A DNA stretch of 64,000 nt from a virus (Duplodnaviria; Caudoviricetes): positions 155,554 to 219,553 of the IMG/VR virus record IMGVR_UViG_3300033073_001332; one strand, written 5' to 3'. Each line of letters opens with the position of its first letter. Positions within the stretch are counted from its first letter, which is position 1. Of the stretch, positions 52,413 to 61,649 are shown piece after piece. The notes under the pieces were generated by a model. It did not search any database. It saw only the letters and a program-made list of their open reading frames with translations, and had not been told where the DNA came from. The position numbers were made by a program, and so were the translations under genes.

Positions 52413-53677
52413 AAGTTAAATTAGAGTATGTTTGGTTAGATGGGTACAAACCAGAACCAAATTTGAGAAGCAAAGTTAAAATTGTTGACTACGATTCAAT
52501 TAAAGGTAATAGAGCTGAGTTGAATTTTCCTATGTGGAACTTCGATGGTTCGTCAACTAATCAAGCGGACACCGGTAACTCGGACAGAATATTGAAACCT
52601 GTAAGACATTATATGACAGATTTTCAAAATACTATCTATGTTTTGTGTGAAGTATTGAATCCTGATGGTAAACCACACGAAACAAACCAACGAGCGAAAT
52701 TAGGTGAAGAACAACAAGATTTATGGTTTGGATTCGAACAAGAATACTTCATACGTGAAGAGATTAACGGAAACATTTTGGGACATAAAAGAAACATACT
52801 AAAAGGTCAAGGTGAGTACTATTGTGGTGTGGGTCATAATGTTGTTGGTCGTGAATTTGTTGAAGAACATTTAGATATGTGTTTAAAACATCGAATTGAT
52901 ATTACTGGTACAAATGCTGAAGTTGCTTTAGGACAATGGGAATATCAAGTATTTTCAAAAGGAAAACTTAAAGGTGGTGATGACCTTTGGATGAGTAGAT
53001 ACTTCTTATATAAGATTTCTGAGAAGTATGGATATCATATTGATTTACACCCGAAACCTTTAACTCACGGAGAGTGGAATGGTTCAGGTTTACATACAAA
53101 TTTCTCAAATGATAAAATGAGAAATAAAGGCGGGTACGATTACTTTATTGCAATCTTTAACTCTTTTGGTTCAAGACATGAAGACCACATCAAAGCTTAT
53201 GGGTCAAACAACAACCTTCGTTTGACTGGTGAATATGAAACACAATCAATAGATAAATTTAGTTGGGGTGTGTCAGATAGAGGAGCATCTATTAGAGTTC
53301 CTAAAGACACGGCAGAAAGTTGGAAAGGATACGTTGAAGACCGCAGACCTGGCTCAAATGCAGACCCATATAAAATTATAAAGGAAGTGTCTAAATCTTT
53401 GGAAACTGCTGAACAGATTAATGAAATGAGAGGTATGATGAACAAAGAGGTCAATATAAAAGGCCTGAGTGAAAAATACGGAACCATAACTAACGAAGAG
53501 TTATTGTCAGAATATATGGATGATAATAATGAATACGATAAGGACACGATGACATCAAATATGAATGTTGAACCTGAAGTGATAAAATTTGATACTGAGT
53601 CATTAATAAAATCTTCTTCATTGCCTGAAGCACTTAAAAAGGCAATGTTAAACGCAGATAAAATTGAAACAAAATGA
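52409..53677 (+). CDS. glnII: Glutamine synthetase type II
   Basis: EYVWLDG, WNFDGSST, FGFEQEY, NAEVALGQWEYQ, WNGSGLHTNFS, RGASIRVP, EDRRP. Confidence 0.92.
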   Translation: MKVKLEYVWLDGYKPEPNLRSKVKIVDYDSIKGNRAELNFPMWNFDGSSTNQADTGNSDRILKPVRHYMTDFQNTIYVLCEVLNPDGKPHETNQRAKLGEEQQDLWFGFEQEYFIREEINGNILGHKRNILKGQGEYYCGVGHNVVGREFVEEHLDMCLKHRIDITGTNAEVALGQWEYQVFSKGKLKGGDDLWMSRYFLYKISEKYGYHIDLHPKPLTHGEWNGSGLHTNFSNDKMRNKGGYDYFIAIFNSFGSRHEDHIKAYGSNNNLRLTGEYETQSIDKFSWGVSDRGASIRVPKDTAESWKGYVEDRRPGSNADPYKIIKEVSKSLETAEQINEMRGMMNKEVNIKGLSEKYGTITNEELLSEYMDDNNEYDKDTMTSNMNVEPEVIKFDTESLIKSSSLPEALKKAMLNADKIETK

Positions 53678-53706
53678 GTGAACAAGTAAACCACCCCCAA
53701 CATTAA
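53674..53706 (+). pseudogene. Orphaned 5' fragment of DUF3310 gene (MSEQVNHPQH-stop)
   Basis: ATGA-coupled to GS; matches the VxHPxH start of 54467 ORF. Confidence 0.65.
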
Positions 53707-53766
53707 AAAGTTTTGTAGTATGTTGTAAAATTTGTAGTGTAGAGATATTTATAGATAAAGAACATT

Positions 53767-54462
53767 ATGAAAAAACTTGAATTAGAAATCGGTAAAAAAT
53801 ACAATTATTGGACAATATTATCATTATCTGATTTTGTAAGTAAAAAGGGTGAGAGATATTATAAATGCCAATGTAAATGTGGAACAATCAGAGATGTAAA
53901 GGCTTATCATTTAAATAGCGGGGCGTCTAAATCTTGTGGTTGTTTTGTTAAAGAAACAATGGCAAAAATAAAAAGGATTGACATTGAAGGTATAAAATTT
54001 GGTAAATTAACACCAATAAAACGAGTTTATCACAATAATAGTAAACATTTAAATCATTGGTTGTGTAAATGTGATTGTGGTAACGAAGTGGTTGCTTCTA
54101 CCGGTGCTTTAAGAAGAAATAAACATTTGTCTTGTGGGTGTATAAGGAAAGGTGAAGAAAACCACAATTGGAAAGGGGGGAAAATTACAACACCATCAGG
54201 GTATGTAAAAAAATACGCACCCGAACACCCAAACAACATAATTGGTTATGTTTTGGAACATAGATTAGTTATGGAAGAGATTATTGGTAGATATTTAGAA
54301 CCAAATGAGGAAGTTCACCATAAAAATGGTGTTAGGTATGATAATTCTAAAGAAAACCTCGAATTATGGGTTAAATCACAACCACCCGGACAAAGGGTTG
54401 ACGATATGGTTGATTTTTGTTATAATTTTTTAAAAAAATATAAACCTGAAATATTAAAATAG
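53767..54462 (+). mobile_element. Free-standing HNH homing endonuclease gene
   Basis: Two CxCxCG...SCGC repeats, GEENHNWKGG, EHRLVME...VHHKNGVRYDN..ENL. Confidence 0.85.
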
Positions 54463-54466
54463 TAAA

Positions 54467-54706
54467 ATGTCTGAAGAAAAAGAAATGGTTCATCATCCCG
54501 ACCACTACCAATTTGGTAAAAATAATGAATATGAAGCAATCAAAGTTATTGACGCTTGGGAATTATGTTTTAGTTTAGGAAATACGGTAAAATATATATC
54601 ACGTGCAGGAAAAAAAGGAAAAGATAAAGAACTTGAAGACCTCAGAAAAGCCCTCTGGTATCTCCAACACCACATCGAAACAATCGAAAAAGACGGGACT
54701 AGATAA
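54467..54706 (+). CDS. DUF3310 family protein
   Basis: VHHPDHY, FSLGNTVKYISRAGKK, EDLRKALWYL. Confidence 0.85.
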   Translation: MSEEKEMVHHPDHYQFGKNNEYEAIKVIDAWELCFSLGNTVKYISRAGKKGKDKELEDLRKALWYLQHHIETIEKDGTR

Positions 54707-54995
54707 AGAAATTAGTGTCTTAGATGCTATTACAACACCAAACGAATTAATCCGTGAAACCCTCATTAACTTTATGTGGGGGTTTCTTGGAAATTCAATA
54801 GTTGTTTTTGCATCAAAAGAACTGGACTTTTTAGTTTTAATTAACTATATTGTTTATTACATGCTAATTTCTTATATTGTAAACAGGAAGAAATATGAAA
54901 CTATGTTAGGTAAGTTTATAGTACTTCCTGGTTCAGCGGCAATTGGAGCATTTACAGGATATAAATTAGCACAAATAATCGCACAAATAATTTGA
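54603..54995 (+). CDS. Membrane protein (start uncertain; overlaps DUF3310 gene)
   Basis: Three hydrophobic segments in C-terminal part. Confidence 0.55.
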   Translation: MQEKKEKIKNLKTSEKPSGISNTTSKQSKKTGLDKEISVLDAITTPNELIRETLINFMWGFLGNSIVVFASKELDFLVLINYIVYYMLISYIVNRKKYETMLGKFIVLPGSAAIGAFTGYKLAQIIAQII

Positions 54996-54997
54996 TT

Positions 54998-55150
54998 ATG
55001 GAAGAAGAATGGAACTCAAATGATTTTCAAGGAAGGTCAAAAGACCACGTCCAAAGAAATTATAGAATTTTTGCCTTATTATTAGGTTTGACATGGTTCA
55101 TAGGGACATTCATTTTATTTTACATAATAATAAAAAGCATATTTGAATAA
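54998..55150 (+). CDS. 50-aa single-TM peptide
   Basis: Manual translation MEEEWNSNDFQGRS...; fills gap. Confidence 0.55.
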   Translation: MEEEWNSNDFQGRSKDHVQRNYRIFALLLGLTWFIGTFILFYIIIKSIFE

Positions 55151-55152
55151 AA

Positions 55153-55359
55153 ATGGAATTAACTAAAACACAAACAAAAGAAATTGATGAAATCCTATCT
55201 TTAATTGAAGAAGGTTTATCGTTTGAAGAAAAACATGAAGAGGTCATGGATGTCTGTTTAGACAACGGAGTATTCGATTTAGAAGATGATGAAGATGGAG
55301 ATTTATATGAACAATATTCTAATTTAGTTTGGGATTATTTAGAAGACAAGGAGAAATAA
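55153..55359 (+). CDS. Small acidic protein
   Basis: 68-aa ORF. Confidence 0.55.
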   Translation: MELTKTQTKEIDEILSLIEEGLSFEEKHEEVMDVCLDNGVFDLEDDEDGDLYEQYSNLVWDYLEDKEK

Positions 55360-56207
55360 TGATAGAAACAGGAAAAATAATAAATGGAGATTGTGTTGAG
55401 GTAATGAAAGATTTACCAGAATCAACAGTAGACTTGATTGTAACATCACCTCCATACGGAGTGGGTATCGATTATGATGTACATGAAGATGATGTAGAAT
55501 TTGAGGATTACAAAGTATTTGCTAGAAATTGGTTATCAGAAGCATACCGATTACTAAAAGACGATGGTAGAATTGCTTTGAATATACCTTATGAAATCAA
55601 TCGTCAAAAGAAAGGTGGACGTATCTTTTTTGTGTCTGAAATGTGGCAGATTATGAAAGAGATTGGTTATGGGTTCTTCGGGATTGTTGACCTTGAGGAA
55701 CAATCACCACATAGAAGTAAAACCACAGCTTGGGGTTCTTGGATGAGCCCGTCATCACCATACATATATAACCCCAAAGAATGTGTGATTTTGGCTTACA
55801 AAAAACACCACATCAAAAAAGTTAAAGGAGAACCACAATGGACTGGAACCATGACAGACATTGAACAGGAAGATGGTTCTATAAAAAAGAAAAATGTTTA
55901 TGAGGAGAAAGATAAAAAAGAGTTTATGGAACTTGTGTTTGGTCAGTGGAATTACTTTGCAGATACTAAATCACTCACCAAGGCTACGTTCTCGATGGAC
56001 ATACCGACCAAAGCAATCAAAATTTTATCCTACAAGAATGATATAGTTTTAGACCCATTTGCTGGTAGTGGTACAAGTTTAGTGGCTGCTGAAGTTTTGA
56101 ACCGAAGATGGTTAGGAATTGAACTTAGTGAAAACTATGCAAAGATTGCACAAACGAGGGTTGATTATTTTAAAACACTCGACACTATAAATGAAATCCC
56201 ACAATAG
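55359..56207 (+). CDS. N4-cytosine/N6-adenine DNA methyltransferase (beta class)
   Basis: VTSPPY, later VLDPFAGSGTS and GIEL; start ATG 55359. Confidence 0.9.
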   Translation: MIETGKIINGDCVEVMKDLPESTVDLIVTSPPYGVGIDYDVHEDDVEFEDYKVFARNWLSEAYRLLKDDGRIALNIPYEINRQKKGGRIFFVSEMWQIMKEIGYGFFGIVDLEEQSPHRSKTTAWGSWMSPSSPYIYNPKECVILAYKKHHIKKVKGEPQWTGTMTDIEQEDGSIKKKNVYEEKDKKEFMELVFGQWNYFADTKSLTKATFSMDIPTKAIKILSYKNDIVLDPFAGSGTSLVAAEVLNRRWLGIELSENYAKIAQTRVDYFKTLDTINEIPQ

Positions 56208-56218
56208 TGGGATTTTTT
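56194..56218 (+). terminator. Rho-independent terminator
   Basis: AAATCCCAC-aata-GTGGGATTTttt. Confidence 0.75.
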
Positions 56219-56240
56219 ATTTTACAAGGTATTTATAATT

Positions 56241-57740
56241 ATGAAAATTATTATAACTGAGAGCCAATATAAAATGCTGATTAATGAATCAGGTATTAGA
56301 GATATTAAAAATCTTGCTAAAAGATACGACAAGGCTAAAATTTATTTTCACCAAGACTTAGATGGTGTTACTACTGCAATTGCTATGAAGGAGTACTTAG
56401 AACAAAACGGAATCAAAGTAGTTGATTGTGAAGTTATTCAATATGGTACTAAAGAATTTGCAATTAAAAAACCAGAAGGTGAAGGTAATATTATGCCGGT
56501 ATTAGTGGATTTTGCTCACGGTAAACCAATGTTTGTTATCCATACAGACCACCACGATAGTCAAGCTGGTGTTGAAGATGATACTGCAACTAACTTCAGA
56601 CCATCAAGGTCAAATGTAGAAACAATCTCTCAGATAATTTCACCAAAAGAAATATTCCCATCCGACGACATCATGTTAATATCAACGGTTGACTCAGCAA
56701 ACTTTGCTGTTAATAAGATAACACCAGAAATGGTGATGAACTTCTTATATAAGTTTGATAAAGATAGTTCCTTGAAACAAAACAAAATGTTAATGGGACT
56801 TGTTGTAAACAAGTTATTATTAGCTTACAAAAACAACGCAAACTTCTTGGAGGATTTGGTTATGAAATCAAAACCATCTTTGTTGAGTATATTAAACAAC
56901 ATCAAAAAATTAGCTAAAGAACAAGGTTTTGCTAGTACAGAAACAATGATTCAAAACCAAGAAAAATTCTTACAGGCAAGACAAAAAGAAGGTGTGTTAG
57001 AAAAAACGGGTAATGTCATTTCTCAGTTTGGACTTGGTAGTATGAAAAAAGGGTCATACGATAGATATGTACCATTTAGATTACATCCTGATGCTGATTT
57101 CTTAGTAACAGGTCTTGGAGGACAAGTTGGTATGGTACAAGCATCATGCAACCCTTTCAAAGAAGAAAGAGCACTTAAAGGTATTAATTTAGGTGAAATC
57201 AAAGACGAAATTTTAGAGTTGTTCAAACCTGAATTAGAAAAACAAATTTTAAGTTTCAGAATAATTAAAAAGATTGCAGAAAGAGAAGCAACACCAGAAT
57301 CAGTTGGATTTACTTCAAAAGATATGATGGCTCTTTATGGAAAAATGCCGTCATTCGATTCAGAAAAACAATCAATTAATGGTTATGACTTCTTGAAAGC
57401 AAATTCAGGAGGACACAAATGTATCACAAACATATCAGGTATCAACTTCTTATATAGTGGATACGATAAACCATACACTAAAGATTTACCGGCCGAAGTA
57501 TTACCAATAGCATTTTATGAGGGTAATAACAACTTTGTTAAAGATATTAGACAAAAACTTTTAAGATTTAGAAAATTGTCTGAGAAACAAATTGAAGTAG
57601 CTCTTAATCAAATGAGAAAAGAAGGTATTGATGTAAGTGTAGTTCCTAATAAAGAGAACCAAAGAACTTATTCTGATTTAGTTAGAGATATGAAAGATGC
57701 TTTTGTTGATATTTTGAACAAAAGAATTGAAAACGCTTAA
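56241..57740 (+). CDS. DHH-family phosphoesterase-like protein with N-terminal leader
   Basis: HQDLDG, LVDF, TDHH, later GGH. Confidence 0.7.
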   Translation: MKIIITESQYKMLINESGIRDIKNLAKRYDKAKIYFHQDLDGVTTAIAMKEYLEQNGIKVVDCEVIQYGTKEFAIKKPEGEGNIMPVLVDFAHGKPMFVIHTDHHDSQAGVEDDTATNFRPSRSNVETISQIISPKEIFPSDDIMLISTVDSANFAVNKITPEMVMNFLYKFDKDSSLKQNKMLMGLVVNKLLLAYKNNANFLEDLVMKSKPSLLSILNNIKKLAKEQGFASTETMIQNQEKFLQARQKEGVLEKTGNVISQFGLGSMKKGSYDRYVPFRLHPDADFLVTGLGGQVGMVQASCNPFKEERALKGINLGEIKDEILELFKPELEKQILSFRIIKKIAEREATPESVGFTSKDMMALYGKMPSFDSEKQSINGYDFLKANSGGHKCITNISGINFLYSGYDKPYTKDLPAEVLPIAFYEGNNNFVKDIRQKLLRFRKLSEKQIEVALNQMRKEGIDVSVVPNKENQRTYSDLVRDMKDAFVDILNKRIENA

Positions 57741-58090
57741 GAACTAAAAATTACCTCGTCACCTTCTTGGATATTTAAGTCTCTACAGGTTTCACCTGCG
57801 ACTTCTAATACCATATCACCAAATCCCGAGTATTGCTCACAACCACTTTCATTATAACAAGGAAGACAATTATGATGTATTTTAGTTATAATACCATTAT
57901 CTATCATAATAATATCCAAAGGGACAATACAATTATACATCCAAAAAGATTGTTCAGTTCGATTTGGCATCATAAATAACATACCATTATACGTATAGTT
58001 GAAATTTTTATTCATCATTCCATTTTGAATTGCTTGTGAAGTAACCGCAACTTTACATTGAAATACGTTATTTTTGATTTTTACTTTCAT
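57737..58090 (-). CDS. DUF192 family protein
   Basis: GMLF, FWMYNCIVPLDIIMID, VLEVAG, GD. Confidence 0.8.
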   Translation of the reverse strand: MKVKIKNNVFQCKVAVTSQAIQNGMMNKNFNYTYNGMLFMMPNRTEQSFWMYNCIVPLDIIMIDNGIITKIHHNCLPCYNESGCEQYSGFGDMVLEVAGETCRDLNIQEGDEVIFSS

Positions 58091-58285
58091 ATTTTATAAA
58101 TATCTTAAAAAAAAATATTAACTAAACGAACTTTTGTTAATTGATGGTATATTTATATTTACTACAAAAAATCAAATATATTTTTATTGGAACCTTGACA
58201 AATCAGAACAATAATATTAGATTTGTGAAACAATTAGGAAACGTCCTAATGATGAATTGAAATATTAACCTTAAAAAACACTTTT

Positions 58286-58432
58286 ATGAGTGAAAACACT
58301 GAAACGTCAGTTGTAGAAATTTTTTATTACTACAATGACAAAGGACAGAAGTTGTATACTTCTAATGAGATTTTTGCAATGGCAAGAGCTCAACAATATG
58401 GAACCGATAAAGTTTTTGTAGAAAAAGTTTAA
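58286..58432 (+). CDS. 48-aa hypothetical protein
   Basis: Manual translation MSENTETSVVEIFYYYNDKG... Confidence 0.5.
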   Translation: MSENTETSVVEIFYYYNDKGQKLYTSNEIFAMARAQQYGTDKVFVEKV

Positions 58433-58438
58433 TAAAGG

Positions 58439-58470
58439 TTTGATAGTCTCAAATTAAATTACTAAATTTG
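58439..58470 (+). promoter_or_regulatory. Bacteroidota-type promoter for the large ncRNA
   Basis: TTTG-N20-TAAATTTG. Confidence 0.65.
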
Positions 58471-58619
58471 TAAAAGATTTGAAACTTATAGGTGATGAAA
58501 GATACTCGGTATTCAAATCACAAACGTTCTTTGAAAAGATTGAAATTAGAACAAAATGTTCAGTTTGAACTTAAAAAAAAGATTAACCCCCTTTTCTTTG
58601 AAGTTTAAATACATAGAGT

Positions 58620-59455
58620 TCTTTGGGCCGTGTATAGTCCATTAAAATAAACTACGAAAGTAGGATAAAGTGAACCCTTAAGTGTGTTGGGTTTGCGTCT
58701 TGTTAATCTTCGGATTAATGAGGTCGAGTACACAAGCGGGATACCATTTTGGCTTTAGTATTGAGGGCAACGCTGTAAAGAAAGAGGCAAAATGAAAGGG
58801 CGGTGTGGGTCGTCCGATTGAGGTGGGAACACCAATAGGAATAACCCGTAGGATTATTGCAAGAACTGAGGTCATCCAACTTCAATATTGCGTGTTCCAA
58901 TATGATAGGTTACTTAAAACCAAGTGGAAGTACCACAAGGTAAGAAGGAGAACGAGTGGTGTCGCTACCTTCCCTTACGGTGGTTTACCAAAACCCTGTA
59001 ATGAAGTAGTCTAAAAATATGGAAATGGGGACATTTCAAGGAGTAGTTGAGTATTCCGTTGTTCAAAAGATAACGGAGCCCGTGACGGACCACTACTTCT
59101 AAAATCCACGACACAAAAACTTTATTTTACATTTCAGAAGTAAAATTCATGATATACTATAAAGCAAAAGTGTCCGTCAGGTAATAGTGAAAGGTGACTA
59201 CATAGTAATGAGCCGTTCATTGCATCGATTAGACCGCAAGTTTAACGATATTCTTACCAAACACCTCTAGTCCCGCAAGGACTAACTGGGAAGGCATTCT
59301 CGGAGAGAGTCAAGTAATAAGAGAGTAACTATTATCTCAAGGAGTGGTACACCTAAAAGACCGTCACTGAGGAATACTTCTCAAAAGGAAGTGGATACGA
59401 AGGGAAACAATAATCCTTCAAAAGATACCTCACTAAAAACTGTAATCTCAGGTTT
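58620..59455 (+). ncRNA. Large structured ncRNA, GOLLD-like (~830 nt)
   Basis: No credible ORF, higher GC, many GNRA/UUCG/GCAA hairpins, upstream promoter, downstream terminator, near tRNAs; family assignment unverified. Confidence 0.65.
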
Positions 59456-59490
59456 TTATTTTTTATGGAGCGACCGGCAAAAAAATATTG

Positions 59491-59522
59491 ATGGATAAGA
59501 TTTTTTTCTTATCCATTTTTTT
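59491..59522 (+). terminator. Terminator after the ncRNA
   Basis: ATGGATAAGA-loop-TCTTATCCAT followed by T-run. Confidence 0.65.
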
Positions 59523-59553
59523 GTGCTTTAAATTTTTTTCATATCTTTGTGGT

Positions 59554-59991
59554 ATGGGAAACGCAAACAAACAAGGATACGTAATAAAGGATAAAGAAAT
59601 AAAATCTATCAAGAAGTTGGTGAAAGATATGACTATCATCACTAATGGTAGACCAGATGGTTGGAGAGACCACCGCGGAATGCTTTTGGGCGCTAAAATT
59701 AAAATTACATCTGTTAGAAAATACCAAAACAGATGGTCTTGGAATGGTTACAACGAATTTTGTTATGAGGTAGACATCGAAGTTGATATTACTGAGTCAG
59801 ATTACATGGGGTATTCTGGTTCAAAATATAGTGTAAGATACGATTTAGGTAGAGGTATTAGAAATACAAATAACTACTACCGTTCTTCTTATGAAAAATA
59901 TGTAACAGATGAATTAAAATATTTTGGAATCGATACTCGTTTTTACAGCGCACTTGTGACTATTTCAAAAATTAAATACAAATACCAATAA
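59554..59991 (+). CDS. Hypothetical protein
   Basis: ATG 59554 lies 4 nt after TATCTTTG. Confidence 0.6.
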   Translation: MGNANKQGYVIKDKEIKSIKKLVKDMTIITNGRPDGWRDHRGMLLGAKIKITSVRKYQNRWSWNGYNEFCYEVDIEVDITESDYMGYSGSKYSVRYDLGRGIRNTNNYYRSSYEKYVTDELKYFGIDTRFYSALVTISKIKYKYQ

Positions 59992-60044
59992 TTTATTTGT
60001 TTTATTCAAAATAGTTTTTTATCTTTGTAGAAATAATAAACGAC

Positions 60045-60311
60045 ATGGCAACAGTAAAAAGTATATTAGTAGTTCACCCAACACACGGTCAGTTAATTTC
60101 TGAAACTTTCTTGGATGAACTACAACACCAAATGTTCTTAAAAATGTTGCACACGGCAGTTGCAATGGGTATTGATTTTACCACATACAACGGCAAAGAC
60201 TTTTTCATTCACATCCCAAGTGGAATGTTAAAGGAGTGTTTGATTGTAGGTCAAGCACAAGAAGTTTCGATGGGTGACGTAGTGGTTGCCAAGTCCAAAC
60301 TTGAAATGTAG
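60045..60311 (+). CDS. Hypothetical protein
   Basis: 88 aa; TTTG-N20-TATCTTTG upstream. Confidence 0.6.
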   Translation: MATVKSILVVHPTHGQLISETFLDELQHQMFLKMLHTAVAMGIDFTTYNGKDFFIHIPSGMLKECLIVGQAQEVSMGDVVVAKSKLEM

Positions 60312-60373
60312 TTTCCTTGTTCTTAAAACAAGGTGGTGGAGAAGTTGACATTATTCAATGTCGGCCCAAAATT

Positions 60374-60400
60374 AAGGTGAAGGAGACTTCACCTTTTTTT
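60374..60400 (+). terminator. Rho-independent terminator
   Basis: AAGGTGAAG-gaga-CTTCACCTT plus T-run. Confidence 0.8.
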
Positions 60401-60421
60401 ATTTGTATGATATTTATTGAT

Positions 60422-60793
60422 ATGAATATAGAATCAATAATTAGAAGAGTATTAGTTGAGGAATTCTTAAATCAAAACGAATTCTTATATGAAGATATAT
60501 ACGGTTCGGTAGAAGAAGTAAATTTACTTCAAGAGGCTGAATACCAGGGAAGAAAAGTTCAACTTGGTAAAATCATGCAAGGAGACATCAAGAAGTTTAA
60601 AGTTTATGTTAAAAACGACAAAGGAAAAGTTGTTAAAGTAAACTTTGGTTTTGGTGGAAAATCAGCAAAAGGTAAAAGAATGGTTATTAAAAAGAATAAC
60701 CCTGAAAGAAGACGTTCATTTAGAGCAAGACACAATTGCGATAATCCTGGCCCAAGATGGAAACCAAGATATTGGGCATGTAGAACATGGTAA
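60422..60793 (+). CDS. Basic protein (DUF5754-like) with acidic N-terminal leader
   Basis: KKFKVYV...VNFG...RRRSFRARH; start after TATTTAT 60411. Confidence 0.6.
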   Translation: MNIESIIRRVLVEEFLNQNEFLYEDIYGSVEEVNLLQEAEYQGRKVQLGKIMQGDIKKFKVYVKNDKGKVVKVNFGFGGKSAKGKRMVIKKNNPERRRSFRARHNCDNPGPRWKPRYWACRTW

Positions 60794-60797
60794 GATT

Positions 60798-61097
60798 ATG
60801 AGCAAAATTATTATAACAGAAAAACAACTTGAAGAAGTTGTGAAAATGATGAAAGAGAACAAAGAAGAGGGTTCTTACATGGCAAAACAACAACTTTTTA
60901 CCATCGCAACTTTAGCATATAAAATGTGGGAGTTAATGGAAGAAGGTGAACAACTTGAAGATTGGATGGAATCAAAAATCGCACAAGCAGACCAAATGGT
61001 TACTGCTGTTGTGAAATCATATATGTATGATGAAGTGGAAAACAAAATCAAAGGGAGTCATGAATTTGACCCAAATGATTTAATCATAGGGATGTAA
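60798..61097 (+). CDS. Hypothetical protein with leader motif
   Basis: MSKIIITEKQLEEVVK; likely start 60798. Confidence 0.6.
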   Translation: MSKIIITEKQLEEVVKMMKENKEEGSYMAKQQLFTIATLAYKMWELMEEGEQLEDWMESKIAQADQMVTAVVKSYMYDEVENKIKGSHEFDPNDLIIGM

Positions 61098-61189
61098 TAT
61101 ATTATCTTTTTTTTGAAACCCTCCTTTTTTTAATTGGGGGGTTTGTTTTTTAATATAAGTTTCATATATTTGTAAAAAGAAACAAGACA

Positions 61190-61366
61190 ATGTACGTTAT
61201 CATCAAACATGTTAAAACACAAGACGAAAGAACATTACCTGTGATTATGTTAGATACACAAGGTGAGGTTTGGGAATTCGACAACAAAGATAAGGCACAA
61301 GAAATGGCTAACATCTTCAACACTAATACCGATTCAGGTCACAAATACGAAGTAAAACAGGTTTAA
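61190..61366 (+). CDS. 58-aa hypothetical protein
   Basis: Manual translation; TTTG-N19-TATATTTG upstream. Confidence 0.55.
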   Translation: MYVIIKHVKTQDERTLPVIMLDTQGEVWEFDNKDKAQEMANIFNTNTDSGHKYEVKQV

Positions 61367-61373
61367 TTAATAT

Positions 61374-61447
61374 GCGCCCGTAGCTCAGCTGGATAGAGCA
61401 ACTGCCTTCTAAGCAGTAGGTCTCAGGTTCGAATCCTGACGGGCGTA
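61374..61447 (+). tRNA. tRNA-Arg(UCU)
   Basis: Full cloverleaf; anticodon loop CT-TCT-AA; TTCGAAT T-loop. Confidence 0.93.
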
Positions 61448-61465
61448 CTAACTAACAAAAAAATC

Positions 61466-61591
61466 ATGGAAGACATTTTTGAACAACAACACTACGAGTA
61501 TATTAACTCAGAAGATTTTTTTCAGTTTATGAAAGAAATGTTTGAATATGAAGAAAAAGAAGCTTTATCTTCTGAAGAAAATGAATTATAA
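61466..61591 (+). CDS. 41-aa acidic peptide
   Basis: Manual translation MEDIFEQQHYEY... Confidence 0.4.
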   Translation: MEDIFEQQHYEYINSEDFFQFMKEMFEYEEKEALSSEENEL

Positions 61592-61649
61592 TTGAAATAG
61601 GTTAGGTTAATTGATGATGTTTTTTGGGTAACCTAAAAACGAAAGATTA

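Noticed and set aside
53700-54470. Group I intron around the HNH gene
   Set aside because: Flanks are short and AT-rich with no catalytic core, and the downstream gene has its own start
684-57226. Numerous short antisense or alternate-frame ORFs nested in long genes
   Set aside because: Shadows of real genes or their repeats, with no motifs or promoter support
58678-59014. Three short ORFs in the ORF track
   Set aside because: Mutually overlapping with atypical composition, lying inside the structured RNA
58620-59455. rRNA, tmRNA or RNase P
   Set aside because: No recognisable rRNA motifs, tRNA-like ends with tag ORF, or RNase P P4 signature
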